A stretch of DNA of 64,000 nucleotides from the human T2T-CHM13v2.0 reference genome, Homo sapiens. The notes under the pieces were generated by a model, which was not told where the DNA came from, did no database searches, and saw nothing but the letters and a program-made list of their open reading frames with translations. Made by a program: the position numbers and the translations under genes. Positions 50,859-63,559 of this stretch are shown in pieces; positions within the stretch are counted from its first letter, which is position 1, and each line of letters begins with the position of its first letter. Location of the stretch: assembly GCF_009914755.1 (NCBI RefSeq), contig NC_060935.1. One strand, given 5' to 3'.

Positions 50859-50923
50859 AGTGTGAATATGACAGATGTAAATGGGCAGACACCTCTCATG
50901 TTATCAGCTCACAAAGTAATTGG
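50859..50923 (+). CDS. ZDHHC13: ZDHHC13 exon 6 (SVNMTDVNGQTPLMLSAHKVIG)
   Basis: Acceptor gaatAG|AGT; 65 nt; donor GG|GTGAGT; frame continuous. Confidence 0.95.
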
Positions 50924-52289
50924 GTGAGTTTAATTTAGTCCACTCAATCTCATTCTTGGTTCCAACTATTTCTTTTCTGTGTATGTAATTTTAAGTATCT
51001 GTGTCTATGTGAGATGATAGTACATTGAAGAAAATAAGATTTTTCACACAGAGACTGTGATAATTGACTTTTAAGGTAGTTATAGTTAGAAAAGCAGCCT
51101 TGAAATACATTTTCTCTTTTCTGATAGCTTTGGCAAAAAGTTTGAAAGCTACTAATAAGAAAAAAATTTCCTTACCTATCAAGTAGATATACCTTGAAAT
51201 ATACTTGTTAACATGACTTGTATTTCTTCCTTTGGCTTTAAAAAAATGGCTATAATTTTAAATGTTCTCATAATTTGAAATCTAAGTGATAAATCTGCTT
51301 TCTGGAAAATATTAAATTTTGAGATTCTCTGACATCATTCTTGACTACTTTGAAAATATCATTAACTGAAAAGAGTCTGTATGTTCAGATCAGGCACTTA
51401 CATATTCAAGTTTTTCTGTGTATTTATTTCTATAAACACATGATTAATGACCACTGTATAGTTCAACTTCTGGTATTTATCTAGGCAGATACTTATGACA
51501 GTTCTCACTTTAGCAGTTTGTTTCTATGTTGTATTGAATCTCTGATTTTGCTTGTACTTAGGACTTCTAGGAACTGTGTTAGTTCTAATGCTATTTCCTT
51601 TTTGTTCATGGAATGGTAGGACTGGAGGTAGAATTTTATTAAAAAGCATTTTCTCTTCTGTGCTGGTAAATCTGAAGTCAGGTATAATCTCTATAAAGAT
51701 ATTGATAGAATAAATAAAGTAGAATATTGTTTTATTAAAAGAATCTCTTCAGTGGTCATGAAGGAAGGAAAGGTATTGGTAAAGTAAAAATATTTTACTG
51801 AATTCTGTCTTCTAGTCCGTAACTTTCTAAGATATACAAATATTTTAGGGCATAATTTATACCTGCTTTATTTAACAGTTGATTTGATGGAGAGTATGAA
51901 GTTAGCTCCTCAACTAAGACATACATTTAGTCTTTAATTGAATAAATAGCATAGCATTTAATATTGGCTAAAGTTAAATCTATATTCAAAGAAAAGTGTT
52001 AGCCAATAGAACAACAATATGAAAGGAAAAGTTTGAAAAACAAAAGCAGTTATTCCACTGCATTGTTAAAATTATCTATCTGTATAGCAGTCGTCATTTA
52101 ATAGATGTCTTTTTTTTTAATCTCCTATTAGTACCTAGAATAGAACTCAGTACAAAGAAGTTTCTCAGTTCTGAATACTTAACTGAATGGTTAATTGATG
52201 GCATTATCTTAAAAGATTCATAATTTGCATTTACTCCTTAAGTCATCATCTCTGTTAATGCCTCTTGGTATTTTATTATTTTGAGACAG

Positions 52290-52452
52290 GCCAGAACCAA
52301 CTGGATTTCTTTTAAAGTTTAATCCTTCTCTCAATGTGGTTGATAAAATACACCAAAACACTCCACTTCACTGGGCAGTTGCAGCAGGAAATGTTAATGC
52401 AGTTGATAAGCTTTTGGAAGCTGGTTCTAGCCTGGATATCCAGAATGTTAAG
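52290..52452 (+). CDS. ZDHHC13: ZDHHC13 exon 7 ([10 protein letters not shown]...[12 protein letters not shown]...IQNVK)
   Basis: Acceptor gacAG|G; 163 nt; donor AAG|GTATGG; ankyrin repeat. Confidence 0.96.
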
Positions 52453-52690
52453 GTATGGCCAGATATTTATCTCCCTTAGTTTATTATATCTTGAGTTAGA
52501 AGATTGATAAATTAACGTAAAGATAAGCTATATAATTGTTTTCAGTTACCCCAAGATAGATATAAATGATAATAGCTGGCTATCCTTGGAATAATGTGTT
52601 GAGTCTATGATTCTGGTGTTTTTAAAAAAAGTTTAGCACTCATAATATATTAAAAATACTTTTAAACTTTTTACCCTACTCTTTTTTAAG

Positions 52691-52816
52691 GGAGAAACAC
52701 CTCTTGATATGGCTCTACAAAACAAAAATCAGCTCATTATTCATATGCTAAAAACAGAAGCCAAAATGAGAGCCAACCAAAAGTTCAGACTTTGGAGGTG
52801 GCTGCAGAAATGCGAG
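52691..52816 (+). CDS. ZDHHC13: ZDHHC13 exon 8 ([14 protein letters not shown]...WLQKCE)
   Basis: Acceptor ttttttaAG|GGA; 126 nt; donor GAG|GTATTT; last ankyrin repeat. Confidence 0.96.
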
Positions 52817-55464
52817 GTATTTTCATATGGGGTCTTTTCTATGGGATAGATGACTTTTTTTGTTCATTTGGTTTTGTTTATTAAGGCATCAGAGGAAACC
52901 AGAGAGTTGGCTTTTTGCTGCATTATATCTGCTGACTATATCTTTCCCCCGCATCCTATTACCCAAAGTTGGAAATTTGGCACTTTCATTGGCTATTTAT
53001 TGTTGGTCCTCAACTAGATGCTCTAAAAGTGCTTGTTACCTTATGAATATCATTGTGTACTTCCACATTTATTTAATGAATGTATTGAAATGCAAAAGGT
53101 TTTGATTTTTAGAGACACAATGGGAAAAACACCTTGTTGCAAGGAGTTTTATAGAAGCTTGTAGGAATAGTTTATTCCTTACTAAAATTTTATTTCTTGA
53201 AAAGAAAATAATAACATTTACAATGTTTCCTTAGAATCATAAGGACTTTAAAAATGATAGTGTTGAAAATTTTAGGCATATGATGTCACTTCATAAAAGA
53301 AAACACTGGAATTTTGAGAGATTAAATCCAAATTTTATTCATTTTTTTTAGCTTAGCAATTCTGTGTGGTGTTCCTCTAAACTTTAAAATGAACTGAATA
53401 ATGGAAAACTTTAGAAACTTCAGGTTATTCTCATGAATGTCTAAGAAAATCTAAGTCATAGAAGTGAATACTATTTAAATTGTTAAAATGGAATATTGGA
53501 TTGATTCCACTGTTTCTAGTGTTTTCAAATATGATACCATCATCTTATTAATAATAATTAGTAATTGTACTTTCAGAGTGATTCTAAATTAACAGACACT
53601 GTATTCTTATGTAGAGGATCATCATGAATGCTACACTGCTTTTGCATTAGGCATGTGGAGTGGGGAGAGAAAGAAATAGTGGTTATTCCTCAGTCTCCTT
53701 TGCCAGCTCCTCCACTTCTCCCCCATCTCTTGTTGGTAGGGTGCCCCAGGATTTTGTTATTGAGCTTCCTTGCTATCTATTCATTCCCTAAATGCCATCT
53801 ATATGTTGATAACTCCCATATTTGTCTCTCTAGTCTAGACCTTTCCATGCTCATATATCCAATTACCTACTTTACTCATCCGCTTTGATGTCTAATAGGC
53901 ATCTCCTGATACCCTCCCCACCCTTCCCCTGACTAAGCCAAGCCTTCCCCATCTCAGTAGCTGGTAACTCCAGCATTCCTCTGTCTTCGCCTTTTTTTTT
54001 TTTGTCATACCACATATGCAGTCCATTAGAAAGACGGGTTAACTAGTTCAGCCTTCAGTTTATGTCCAGAATCTGACCCCTTCTTACCACTCTACCACTG
54101 CCATGTTGGTTCAGCAGATGAATCTTCTAAAATGTAAGTCGGGTCATGTCACTTATCAGCTCACATTCCTATGATGTCTCCTCATTTCTCCCAGAGTAAA
54201 AGCAAAGTCTTTATGATGGCCTATAGGGCCCTTTGTCATCCAGGTTTTTATATACTATAAAATTCACTTAGTATATTTATTTGTCTATCTTCCCCAGCTA
54301 GAATTTAAGTGAGAAAAAGATCTTAAGTTCATTGATGTGTCCCAAGTGCCTAGAATAGTACCTTGCATATAATATGCCCTCAAGTATTTGTTGAATGAAT
54401 AGGGCAGCTTGTCTGTAAGAGTGTTATATCTAGGATTTAGAATTTTGAGATCCATATTTAATTCTTATCTCTGTTCTGAGATTATGTTGCTAGGAGATTC
54501 TAAATTTACATTAAAAAAAATCTAAACTAGCCCATTTTGTGTCATCATGCCAATTGGAATAGGAAACATTTTAAAGACTTAATGTCATTTGAAATTATCC
54601 ACTCCTAGATATGGCGTAGAGAGGTGAAAATGGAGGAAGAAAGAAGGAAGCCCTGCTTACTTTCAAGGTCTCATATCTTGTCATTAAAGACTGCATTGCA
54701 CAAACATGGGGCCCAGCTTCAATTCAGTCAGACCATTGTTTCATAGAAGTTTCATTCTTTTAACTTTGCCAAAATAAACCTGAATTAGTAGCATCACGAG
54801 GACATATTTCAGTCTTTGATCTCCATGTGACATTTGACACTGAGAACATCCCCCTTCTCGAAACTCTCTTCCCTGGATTCCCTGAAACCTTTCTTTCTGC
54901 CGGTTCTCATCCTGCCTTTCTGGTCAGTTGTTCTTGGTTATTTTTGGTGACTTTGCTTTTTTCCCCTTAAGTGTTTGTTTTGGCTAAGATTCTGCCCCCT
55001 TTCTACCTGCACACAGTCTTTGGGATGTTATTCACTCACGGCTTTACCACCTATGTACTGATAAATTTCAAGTCTTCCAGAATGCTAGACCTACTTTTGA
55101 CTGCCAGCTGGTTGTCTCCTAGATGTCCATAGGCATTTAAAATTCTACGTTCTCCAAACATAGCTCATCTTTTCTGCAGACCTATTGCATCTGACCTTCT
55201 GCATTAGGGATGGCATGGTGCAGTGCCCAGGTTGGAGCTCTTATAGTTCCCTCATTGAGTCTTTTGTATTAATTTCTATGTAGTCCCTTGAGCTTGCTTT
55301 ATGCTTTCCAATATAGAATACTGTTTGCAAGAAGTAATTTTGAAAAATCTTAGCTCTCATTAACAGTTTTCTAAAAGACCACCATTTCTTGTAGAGAAGA
55401 AAACAAAACAAAATATGTTTAAGTAACATTTTATAAAATGTAGGGTTTTTAAAAGGTTGTTTCC

Positions 55465-55734
<270 letters not shown>

Positions 55735-55927
55735 GATTGTTTCCAAGATGTACAATCTCTCAAACCTCAAATTTATCAATCAGCAATTTTAGAGGAAAAC
55801 TTTGTGTTAGCTTTGTTGTTGTATTAATTGTTATTATATACTTTGGAAGTAGTTCTTATATTGCACTATTATTAGATACTTAAGAGGTAAAATCCATAAA
55901 GTTCTAAAATTCTGAATCTCTTAATAG

Positions 55928-56061
55928 CTCTTCCTGCTGCTGATGCTTTCTGTGATTACCATGTGGGCTATTGGATACATATTGGACTTCAATTCAGATT
56001 CTTGGCTTTTAAAAGGATGTCTTCTAGTAACACTGTTTTTTCTGACATCTTTGTTTCCAAG
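55928..56061 (+). CDS. ZDHHC13: ZDHHC13 exon 9 ([19 protein letters not shown]...TSLFPR), transmembrane helices
   Basis: Acceptor ttaatAG|CTC; 134 nt; donor AG|GTGTGT; hydrophobic translation. Confidence 0.95.
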
Positions 56062-59000
56062 GTGTGTATGTTAATTTTTGCAAGGCTGGTTATTGTGTTT
56101 CTGATTTTATTTCTTATTTCTGTTGTTGGTTAGCTGGAGTCACAGATTTTTATCATGCTGTAAATATTACTTACCATATAACAGCATCCTGCGGGTGGAT
56201 GGGAGGAAAGGGCTCTGGTAGCATATTATTTGGCTGAAAGCAAGTTGCTCAACCCAGTAACTTGGTTGACTTGACAACTGGTGGAAAATAAATATCCTGG
56301 GTCACGTTTTAATTGTTATTTTTGGTGAATGATGGGGAGATTTTTGTAATCATTTCATAATTATTCAAGATTTTGTAATCATCTTGAAGCATTTTTGCTC
56401 ATTTTTCAGAAATTTTTTCCTTTTTCTAAATTTATTTTAAGCTAGTTATTTTTGCTGTCAGTCATTTTTAGTTGAGTTAAATTGTGAGAGATTATAAAAT
56501 AGTAAATATGGTATGGTTTTATTTTTAGGACAGTATTTATACATGATTATATATAGTTAATGGTTAAGAGTCAGACTGCTTGAATTCAAGTCAAGCTTTA
56601 CCACATGACAGTCTGACATTGAACAAGTTGCTATAAAATGAGGGTTAACTTGTGATAATGCCTGCCTCATGGTTAACACATATAAACACATAGAACTATA
56701 GCTGACACATAGTACTCAATAATCATATCACCCCCCATCTCTTCTTCTCTCTTTCCTTTCTCAGTCAAATGGCATCCAGTTCCTCAAATGAATATGGGTG
56801 TCATGCTTGGATTACTGTCATCCTCTCCTCACCTCCCACGTCCAACCCATTACCAAGTGTTCCCTACCTGCCTGTCTCCATCTCCACAACTCGCATCCTA
56901 GACCAAGTCTCCTCACTGGTCTCCTGACTTCTTATCCCCCTGGAGTTTACCCCCACTTAGCAATCAAGGGAGTCTTTTAAAAAGCAGATAAGTTCTTTCT
57001 TTTCTCCCTGCTTAAAGTGCTTTAGTAACTTTTTCTTGTACTCAGAACAAAATCCAGACTCCTTGCCTATGGGGTATGATGTGATTCATTCCCTCCCCAG
57101 CGACTTCCTCTCTTTCCCTTCTCCTCATTGCACTGTACCTTCTTTCTCACACATCAGGCTCATTCCCACCTGGGGCCTTGGCCCTTGCTTGGGTCTTTGT
57201 CTGAAGTGTTGTGACACCTTATCTTTTCATAGTTGGATATGTCATTCAGGCCTCAGTTCAGCTGTCACCTGCTTAGTGAGGCCGTTCCTGACTGATGCTG
57301 CTGCATCCCTGTTTTATTTTCTTGTAGCACTTAATCACTTTCCTGCAATGTAAAGCCCATAAAAGCAGGAAACTTGTCTCTGCTGTTAAACATTTTCATT
57401 CACTGAATGAAAGAAAAATGTAATGATGATGATCCATAGAAAAGAATCTAAAGGGAAATACAGGGTTGCTCTTTGCAGATTATGATTATGAGTATTCCTC
57501 TGTCTTTCTGTCGCTTGCCAGCATTCTCTGGCATAAGCATGCCCTGCTTTTGTCATAAGAGCAAATGAAGTATTAGAGGAATCTTACTACTGTATCACCC
57601 AAGAGCAGGACAATTGGCTGGAAATGAATTAGAATTTAAATGTAATGTGAAAACTCAAATTTCTGAAAAATAGCAAAATGCCTAAAATTGTCTGCTATTC
57701 AGACAACTTGTGACTTAGAGATATTTATTCACTTTCCACTAATTGGATTAACTTGGGCTCTAAATAAATTTTAAGCCAAATCACCAGGGATCAGAGTCAT
57801 CACTCCTTTTTCAGAGAGGAAGCAAGGGCTGGTAATATCTACTCCCCTAGGATAGGAACATTTGAGATTATGTTTGGTTGTTCGTTTATTGTAGTTGAAG
57901 CCTACATTATAAAAATGGACGCAATTCAAATGTGAGTCAAATGCATATGACAACTTTATTCATACATCCCTTATTTCTCATATTCCTCTATAGGGTCCCA
58001 ATTTCATGGAGGAAAGCAACTGTAAACTACTATTATTACAGGGCAGTTGCTTATTGATCTGGGCTGTTAACCTGACACCTGTCAGGAGTGGACATGTAGT
58101 GGTAGCAGGCTCTTGTAAATTAGTAGTTCATTGCATTACCTAATTGGTCAAATGCATTTTTTGCTGCAAGATCTCCGACAGACCATACCCTGGAGGTTGC
58201 AAGGGTTTCATTTGGCCTATTTTGGCAGCATGTTGAGCATCTAAAGTTTGGATTCTTTAGTTCTTCTCAAATATGAACTTACCATTATTATGGTTATGAT
58301 CCTGGTAGCTAATTTTTTTTAACCCTTCATACCTACTGTTAATCATTGTTTTTTCCTGGAATAAATTTTAAAATATATTCAGGTAAACTATATTCATGCA
58401 TAAGATGACTGTGGTGAGTATTTAGTGTAAAAGACATTTTCTTTTGAAACTGCAGTATTTTGGATAAATTACATGTGAACCTCAAGTCGCCTGTGACCCA
58501 AGTGAGATTGTTAGTGTTCTGAATACTAGTATCATTTTTAGCCTTTGTGTATCTTTTTATATGAAGTGTCTACTTCTCAAGCTGATTATAGGATGAATGT
58601 GCTTAAGGTTGTGTGCATCAGTATGCTTAACAAATATCATTTTAGTCTCTGGAAGAAAGCTTGCTAAATGTAAAGGTGAATCTCAAGTATATAAATTTTT
58701 GCATTATAGTGTATTTAAAAATATATGCCAAAAAAGAAATAAAAATATATATCTCATTAGAAATACAAAAGATCCATTGAAAACATATATTAAATCGTTG
58801 TGAATTAAATATTGTATGAGTTGGTTAGAAGAACTAGAACATACACTTCTTGAGAGTCGTTGTGCTTTAGTTTTCTCCTGTGTAAAATGGGGGGATGATG
58901 TTGCATAACTCTATTACCACATGGAAAGTGACACATAGTAAGCACTCAGTATGTGAAAGCTATTACTGTTGCTGCTGGTATTATTATTACTACCATTATT

Positions 59001-59071
59001 ATTTAGGGAAATTTAGAACTAAAATTAATACAAGTCATACTAATAACTTATATTTATCTTTTTTCTTTTAG

Positions 59072-59172
59072 GTTCTTGGTTGGGTATAAGAACCTTGTAT
59101 ACTTACCAACAGCCTTTCTGCTAAGTTCTGTTTTTTGGATATTTATGACTTGGTTCATCTTATTTTTTCCTG
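59072..59172 (+). CDS. ZDHHC13: ZDHHC13 exon 10 ([15 protein letters not shown]...FILFFP-D)
   Basis: Acceptor cttttAG|G; 101 nt; ends at the U12-type donor G|ATATCCTTT. Confidence 0.94.
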
Positions 59173-62100
59173 ATATCCTTTAAGCATCAATTTTGATGTG
59201 TATCTCATTTTGCCTTTAAAAGAGTAATGTTATTGTTAGGAATTTAGGTATTGGAAAAGGCCCAGGGAATGCAACTTATATTTGCATTCATTTAATGGTT
59301 CTGGATGAAGACGTTTAATGTTGAAAATCTACTTGATTCTAAAAGTAGTCTCAGAGTACATTATGGAAACAGTAAGTATCTAGTATTTATTACTCATAGG
59401 AGGGGAACAGTAGAATGTATTATTGTTTTACTTGTACCATAATTTGTTGGATTGTCTTGAGATTCCTTCAAGGTCAGATGGTTCTCATAATTTGGTCAGC
59501 AGTTACAGTTAATTAATACATTTTCTGAGTACTAAGACGGACTGCATGAAAGGGATATTGGGGAAAATATGGCTTCCTCAGTAACGGTAAGTGTTAGTGA
59601 TATTATCTAAGGCAATGATTCTCAATCCACGGTGAAAATAAATTTACTTTGCCACTCAACATATATGTAAAACAAAGACTGTACTCCTAATATATGCTTT
59701 ACTCTATGGTGTTATTTCATCCCATTTCCTTTTTAAAAAATTTTAATCATGGCCCATTTAATTCTTTCATGACTCACTAATGAATAGCAGCCTGAGATTA
59801 AAACAAAAACAAACAAACAAAAAAACTCATCCAAGGAATAGGTTTATTACTTAAGGATCAGGGCCCAGGACCAAGTCCAGCTTAGGGGTGTGTTGTTCTC
59901 TTAGTGTTGGCCAAGTCCTGTCACCTAGAAATGGGGAGAGGGGTTACTTGGGCTCTAACCATTTGTGACTTCAGGTAGGTGGAAGGCATTTTCAATCTTC
60001 CCACCTCTTGCCAGACTCCCTTCTCCCCTTCCAAGGACCCTGGGAAGCCCTGATGGCCTTGCTTTGCTTATGGAGTAGGAGAAGAAGGAATGTTGTAGAT
60101 AGAAATATACCTTTCAGTGTGTTCATTTAAACTTCCACATTACTTCTCTTTCTGGTAATAGCATTTCCGAAAAGGAAGAACAGAATGTTTATGGGAGACA
60201 TGCATAAACTGAATTCAAGAATATTTTTTCCATAGGAATAAATGTGAAATGAGATGGCCATAGGAGTTCTCAAAGTACATATGTCCACATCCATTATAGC
60301 ATGTTTTTCCTTTATGCTCCTTTTTATTTCTGAGCATTATCTCTAATTTAATTTTTCAGATTTCTTTAAATGAATGGCACAGCATACATTGGGGCCATTT
60401 GGCTTTTTTCAAAAGATTTTATTATCTCTTCTTTGTCTCATAATTACTGATTTGGTGGCAGTTTTTTAAGCACTAGCCTTATTACCACCACTTAATGAAG
60501 GCTTGGATGATATTATTATTATGATAGAAAAATACATGATTTTATAAGTAGTCATGAGTGCATCAAATAACAGCACAGGATACAACAAAATCACTTGCAG
60601 AAGACCTAACGCTCATAAATTCTAGGGTAATTGACATGACACTGAGGAAGGAAAGTTAGCTGATATTTTTGTTTACCAATCCATATGGCAGTGGAATAAA
60701 ACAGTTTTAAAAATGTGTTTTTTGATAAATTTTTAAAATTTGAGAAACATGTCAGATTTTGCACAAATATTGAATTATTTCAAATTTGTAGAATCAAAGT
60801 CATAAATGGTTACAACCCAAGTAACCCCTCTCCCCATTTCTAGGTGACAGGACTCGGCCAACACTAAGAGAACAACACACCCCTAAGCTGGACTTGGTCC
60901 TGGGCCCTGATCCTTAAGTAATAAACCTATTTTTTGGATGAGTTTTTTTTGTTTGTTTTTGTTTTAATCTCAGACTGCTATTCGTTAGTGGGTCGTGGAA
61001 GAATTAAATGGGCCGTGATTAAAATTAACAAAAGAGAACTGATTTCCATAGCTAGACAGAATCTTAAGATGTTGGAATCAACAAGATGGATGATTTTATT
61101 TGCTTGTACAACCTAAAGCCCTTTGTTCTAGGCAACCATATGAACCTGCTACTTGTGAGGGCATATAAGTCAGTAGGTGGCATACTTCACCATCAGAATA
61201 ATGTTCTTCAAACTAAATTTTAAATCTTGGAACTGCCTTGTGGATGAACTGAGATGCCGCCCTGGGTTTTAGGCTAGCTTTGTCTCAGGCTGCCGTCTGG
61301 ATTGAATAAGGGCATCTGCTTCCGCAGATACTGGCCTATTAGGGGAAGACATTCTGGGGCACTATGGAAGAAGACAAAACGATTTTGAGTTTTAGCTCTT
61401 TTCAGACTAGTTATGCACCATTGGGGCAAGGTACATAATTTCACCAAGCCTTAGTTTTTCTGTAAATTGGAGATAACAGAAACAAGCTCATGGTGTGGCT
61501 GCAAGGATTACTATAAAGTGCTCACCACAGTCCCCATGGCAAAATTGGCATTCTATAAATATACCTAATATTTTATTATTAATTATTCTTATGAATAAAA
61601 TTGATGTGGAAGGCTGCATGTTTAAACTAATTTCAAGGGCAATTCTAGGTTGGCTTCTCAGATGATCAGTTTCTTTTGGTACCTTTTATAAGTTCAGCAA
61701 GTAATGTCTGGCTTGTGCGAGGGGGGATTGAATACAATAAAATGGAACCTTATTGATGAGTTTGAAGGTAAAATTCAAACTCAGGAGAGAAATGGTGAAT
61801 CACTGAATATTACATTTGTGATATTGGCTGTAACTAACTGAGTTAAGTTTAAGAGGGATAAATACATGTAAAGTCCCATACTGAGTTTCAGAAAATCAGT
61901 TATACAAGTGCATGTTATGGTGAGCTATGACATAGCTTCTGGTCAAGTGCAAAGGAACGAGGCGCTGTGACTAAATGCTCAGTGTGGCTAGTGATGCAGC
62001 TGTCAAGAAAGCAAGTATATTCTCACATAGTATTACAAGGATTTGAGTGTCCAAGCAAAAGACAACAGCAGCTTCTCTGTCCTCTACACTGGTGTTTGCT

Positions 62101-63434
62101 CTGTTTTGAATTATATCCTTTTAAAAGAGAGAATGACAAATGGGAGCATGAACAGAGGAACATGACCAGGAAAATGTTATATAAGGACAGTGTTGCTGTT
62201 TATCTTGGAGGTATGATCACTGTCTTCCAATTTCAAGTGTTTGGAAGTCTATCATTTGGAAGCCAATGCACTATGTAGAATGGGCACTCAGTAAAAATGT
62301 ATTGAACCAATGAGGGGATAAGCTTATGTAGGTTAGATCTAAAAGACAGCTACTGTGCAGATCTAAAGGATCTAATGAATGAAAATCAGTTGGTTGAAGT
62401 TATAGAAAGGCAAATTTTAGCTCCATATTGAGAGACTTAACTGCAAAAGTGTTACCAGCTTACTGGGAAGGCTGTGTGTCTATAAACTATAGTCCACATC
62501 TGAGTGCCATAGATAAAGCATTCTTAAATTCAGGGAAGGGAGAGTATGATTCTCTCCAGGGAATCAGAAAAGATTGCAAGGAAGGAGGGAAAATATAAGT
62601 TAGGTTTTAATCGCAGTTAAGACTTGGACACCCTAAAAGTGTGGTTTTAGAAGAAAATGAGAGGAAGTAGGGGACATTTTAGGTCAGTGAACCACACAGG
62701 CAAGAGCACCAAAGCAAGGAGTGTCTTCAGCTTCTATGTGAGGTGATAGGGTGTAATTCACTTTACTTGGAGAGTGGTGATCCAATGATTCCCCTGCCAT
62801 TTGTTTTGTAAGTTAATCAAAATAGGAGCCGAAAATTCAGTCAGCTCAGCGTGCAGGATCATTGCATTATGAAACTGAACGTATTTTTGAGAACTGAACG
62901 TATATATTTTGAGTCGTGTGTCGATCAGGATTTCATAAAGAAATTATGATGTGATTCTTTCACAAAGGATCTTGCCCTATGTACCTTTAATAGTGTCTTT
63001 CTGCAAACATGTATCTAATATATAGGGAAATACTTTTATTTGGAATCTCTGAATCAAGAGGGTTGTTTCTTTGAATGATTTTGTTAAAATGATCAAAGAA
63101 TATTTTTCTAGATGCTCACAGGAGAGCCACAATTACACCATTAGAGATAAATTTATTTGGTCTTGAGTGTCACTTTTCAGGATGTTCCTCATAAGTTGCA
63201 ACTATTCCTATCAAGTATTTAATATGAGCTTCAACTAATAAGGAAACATTAATTATTAGCCAAGTGGGAACAAATTCCAGTAGGATTAGAACATAGGATG
63301 GGAAGAGATTTAGGGGCAGGGACATGTGTGCATAAGGAAGGTGAGATTCTTAGGTGCCAATGATGAAATTTGCTTACATCATAATTACATTATTTTTAAA
63401 GGAAGTTTGGTGTATTCCTTAACTTGGCTTTAAC
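59173..63434 (+). other. ZDHHC13: U12-type (minor spliceosome) AT-AC intron 10
   Basis: 5'ss ATATCCTTT at 59173; branch point TTCCTTAAC at 63415-63423; terminal AC at 63433-63434; joining gives in-frame G|AT (Asp) followed by LAGAPFYF. Confidence 0.95.
59739..61026. repeat. Inverted duplication: arms 59739-59971 and 60797-61026, 825-bp spacer
   Basis: Manual reverse-complement alignment: 12 substitutions plus one small indel in an (AAAC)n run over ~230 bp; 76-bp perfect core at 59837-59912. Confidence 0.95.
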
Positions 63435-63559
63435 ATTTAGCAGGAGCCCCTTTCTATTTCAGTTTCATTTTCAGCATAGTAGCCTTTCTATACTTTTTCT
63501 ATAAGACTTGGGCAACTGATCCAGGCTTCACTAAGGCTTCTGAAGAAGAAAAGAAAGTG
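63435..63559 (+). CDS. ZDHHC13: ZDHHC13 exon 11 ([18 protein letters not shown]...[15 protein letters not shown])
   Basis: Begins after the AC acceptor; 125 nt; DPG motif typical of DHHC proteins; donor GTG|GTGAGA. Confidence 0.95.

Noticed and set aside
57394-57412. Small hairpin TTTCATTCA-C-TGAATGAAA
   Set aside because: Too short and AT-rich; explained by L2-tail-like (TGAA)n sequence.
57420-57520. Intronic C/D-box snoRNA (ATGATGA motif)
   Set aside because: No suitably placed CTGA D box or terminal stem; the motif is part of a short (ATG)n run.
63438-63443. AG at 63439-63440 or 63442-63443 as the main exon 11 acceptor
   Set aside because: There is no GT donor at the end of exon 10; the AT-AC sites have full U12 consensus and restore the continuous FFPDLAGAP frame.
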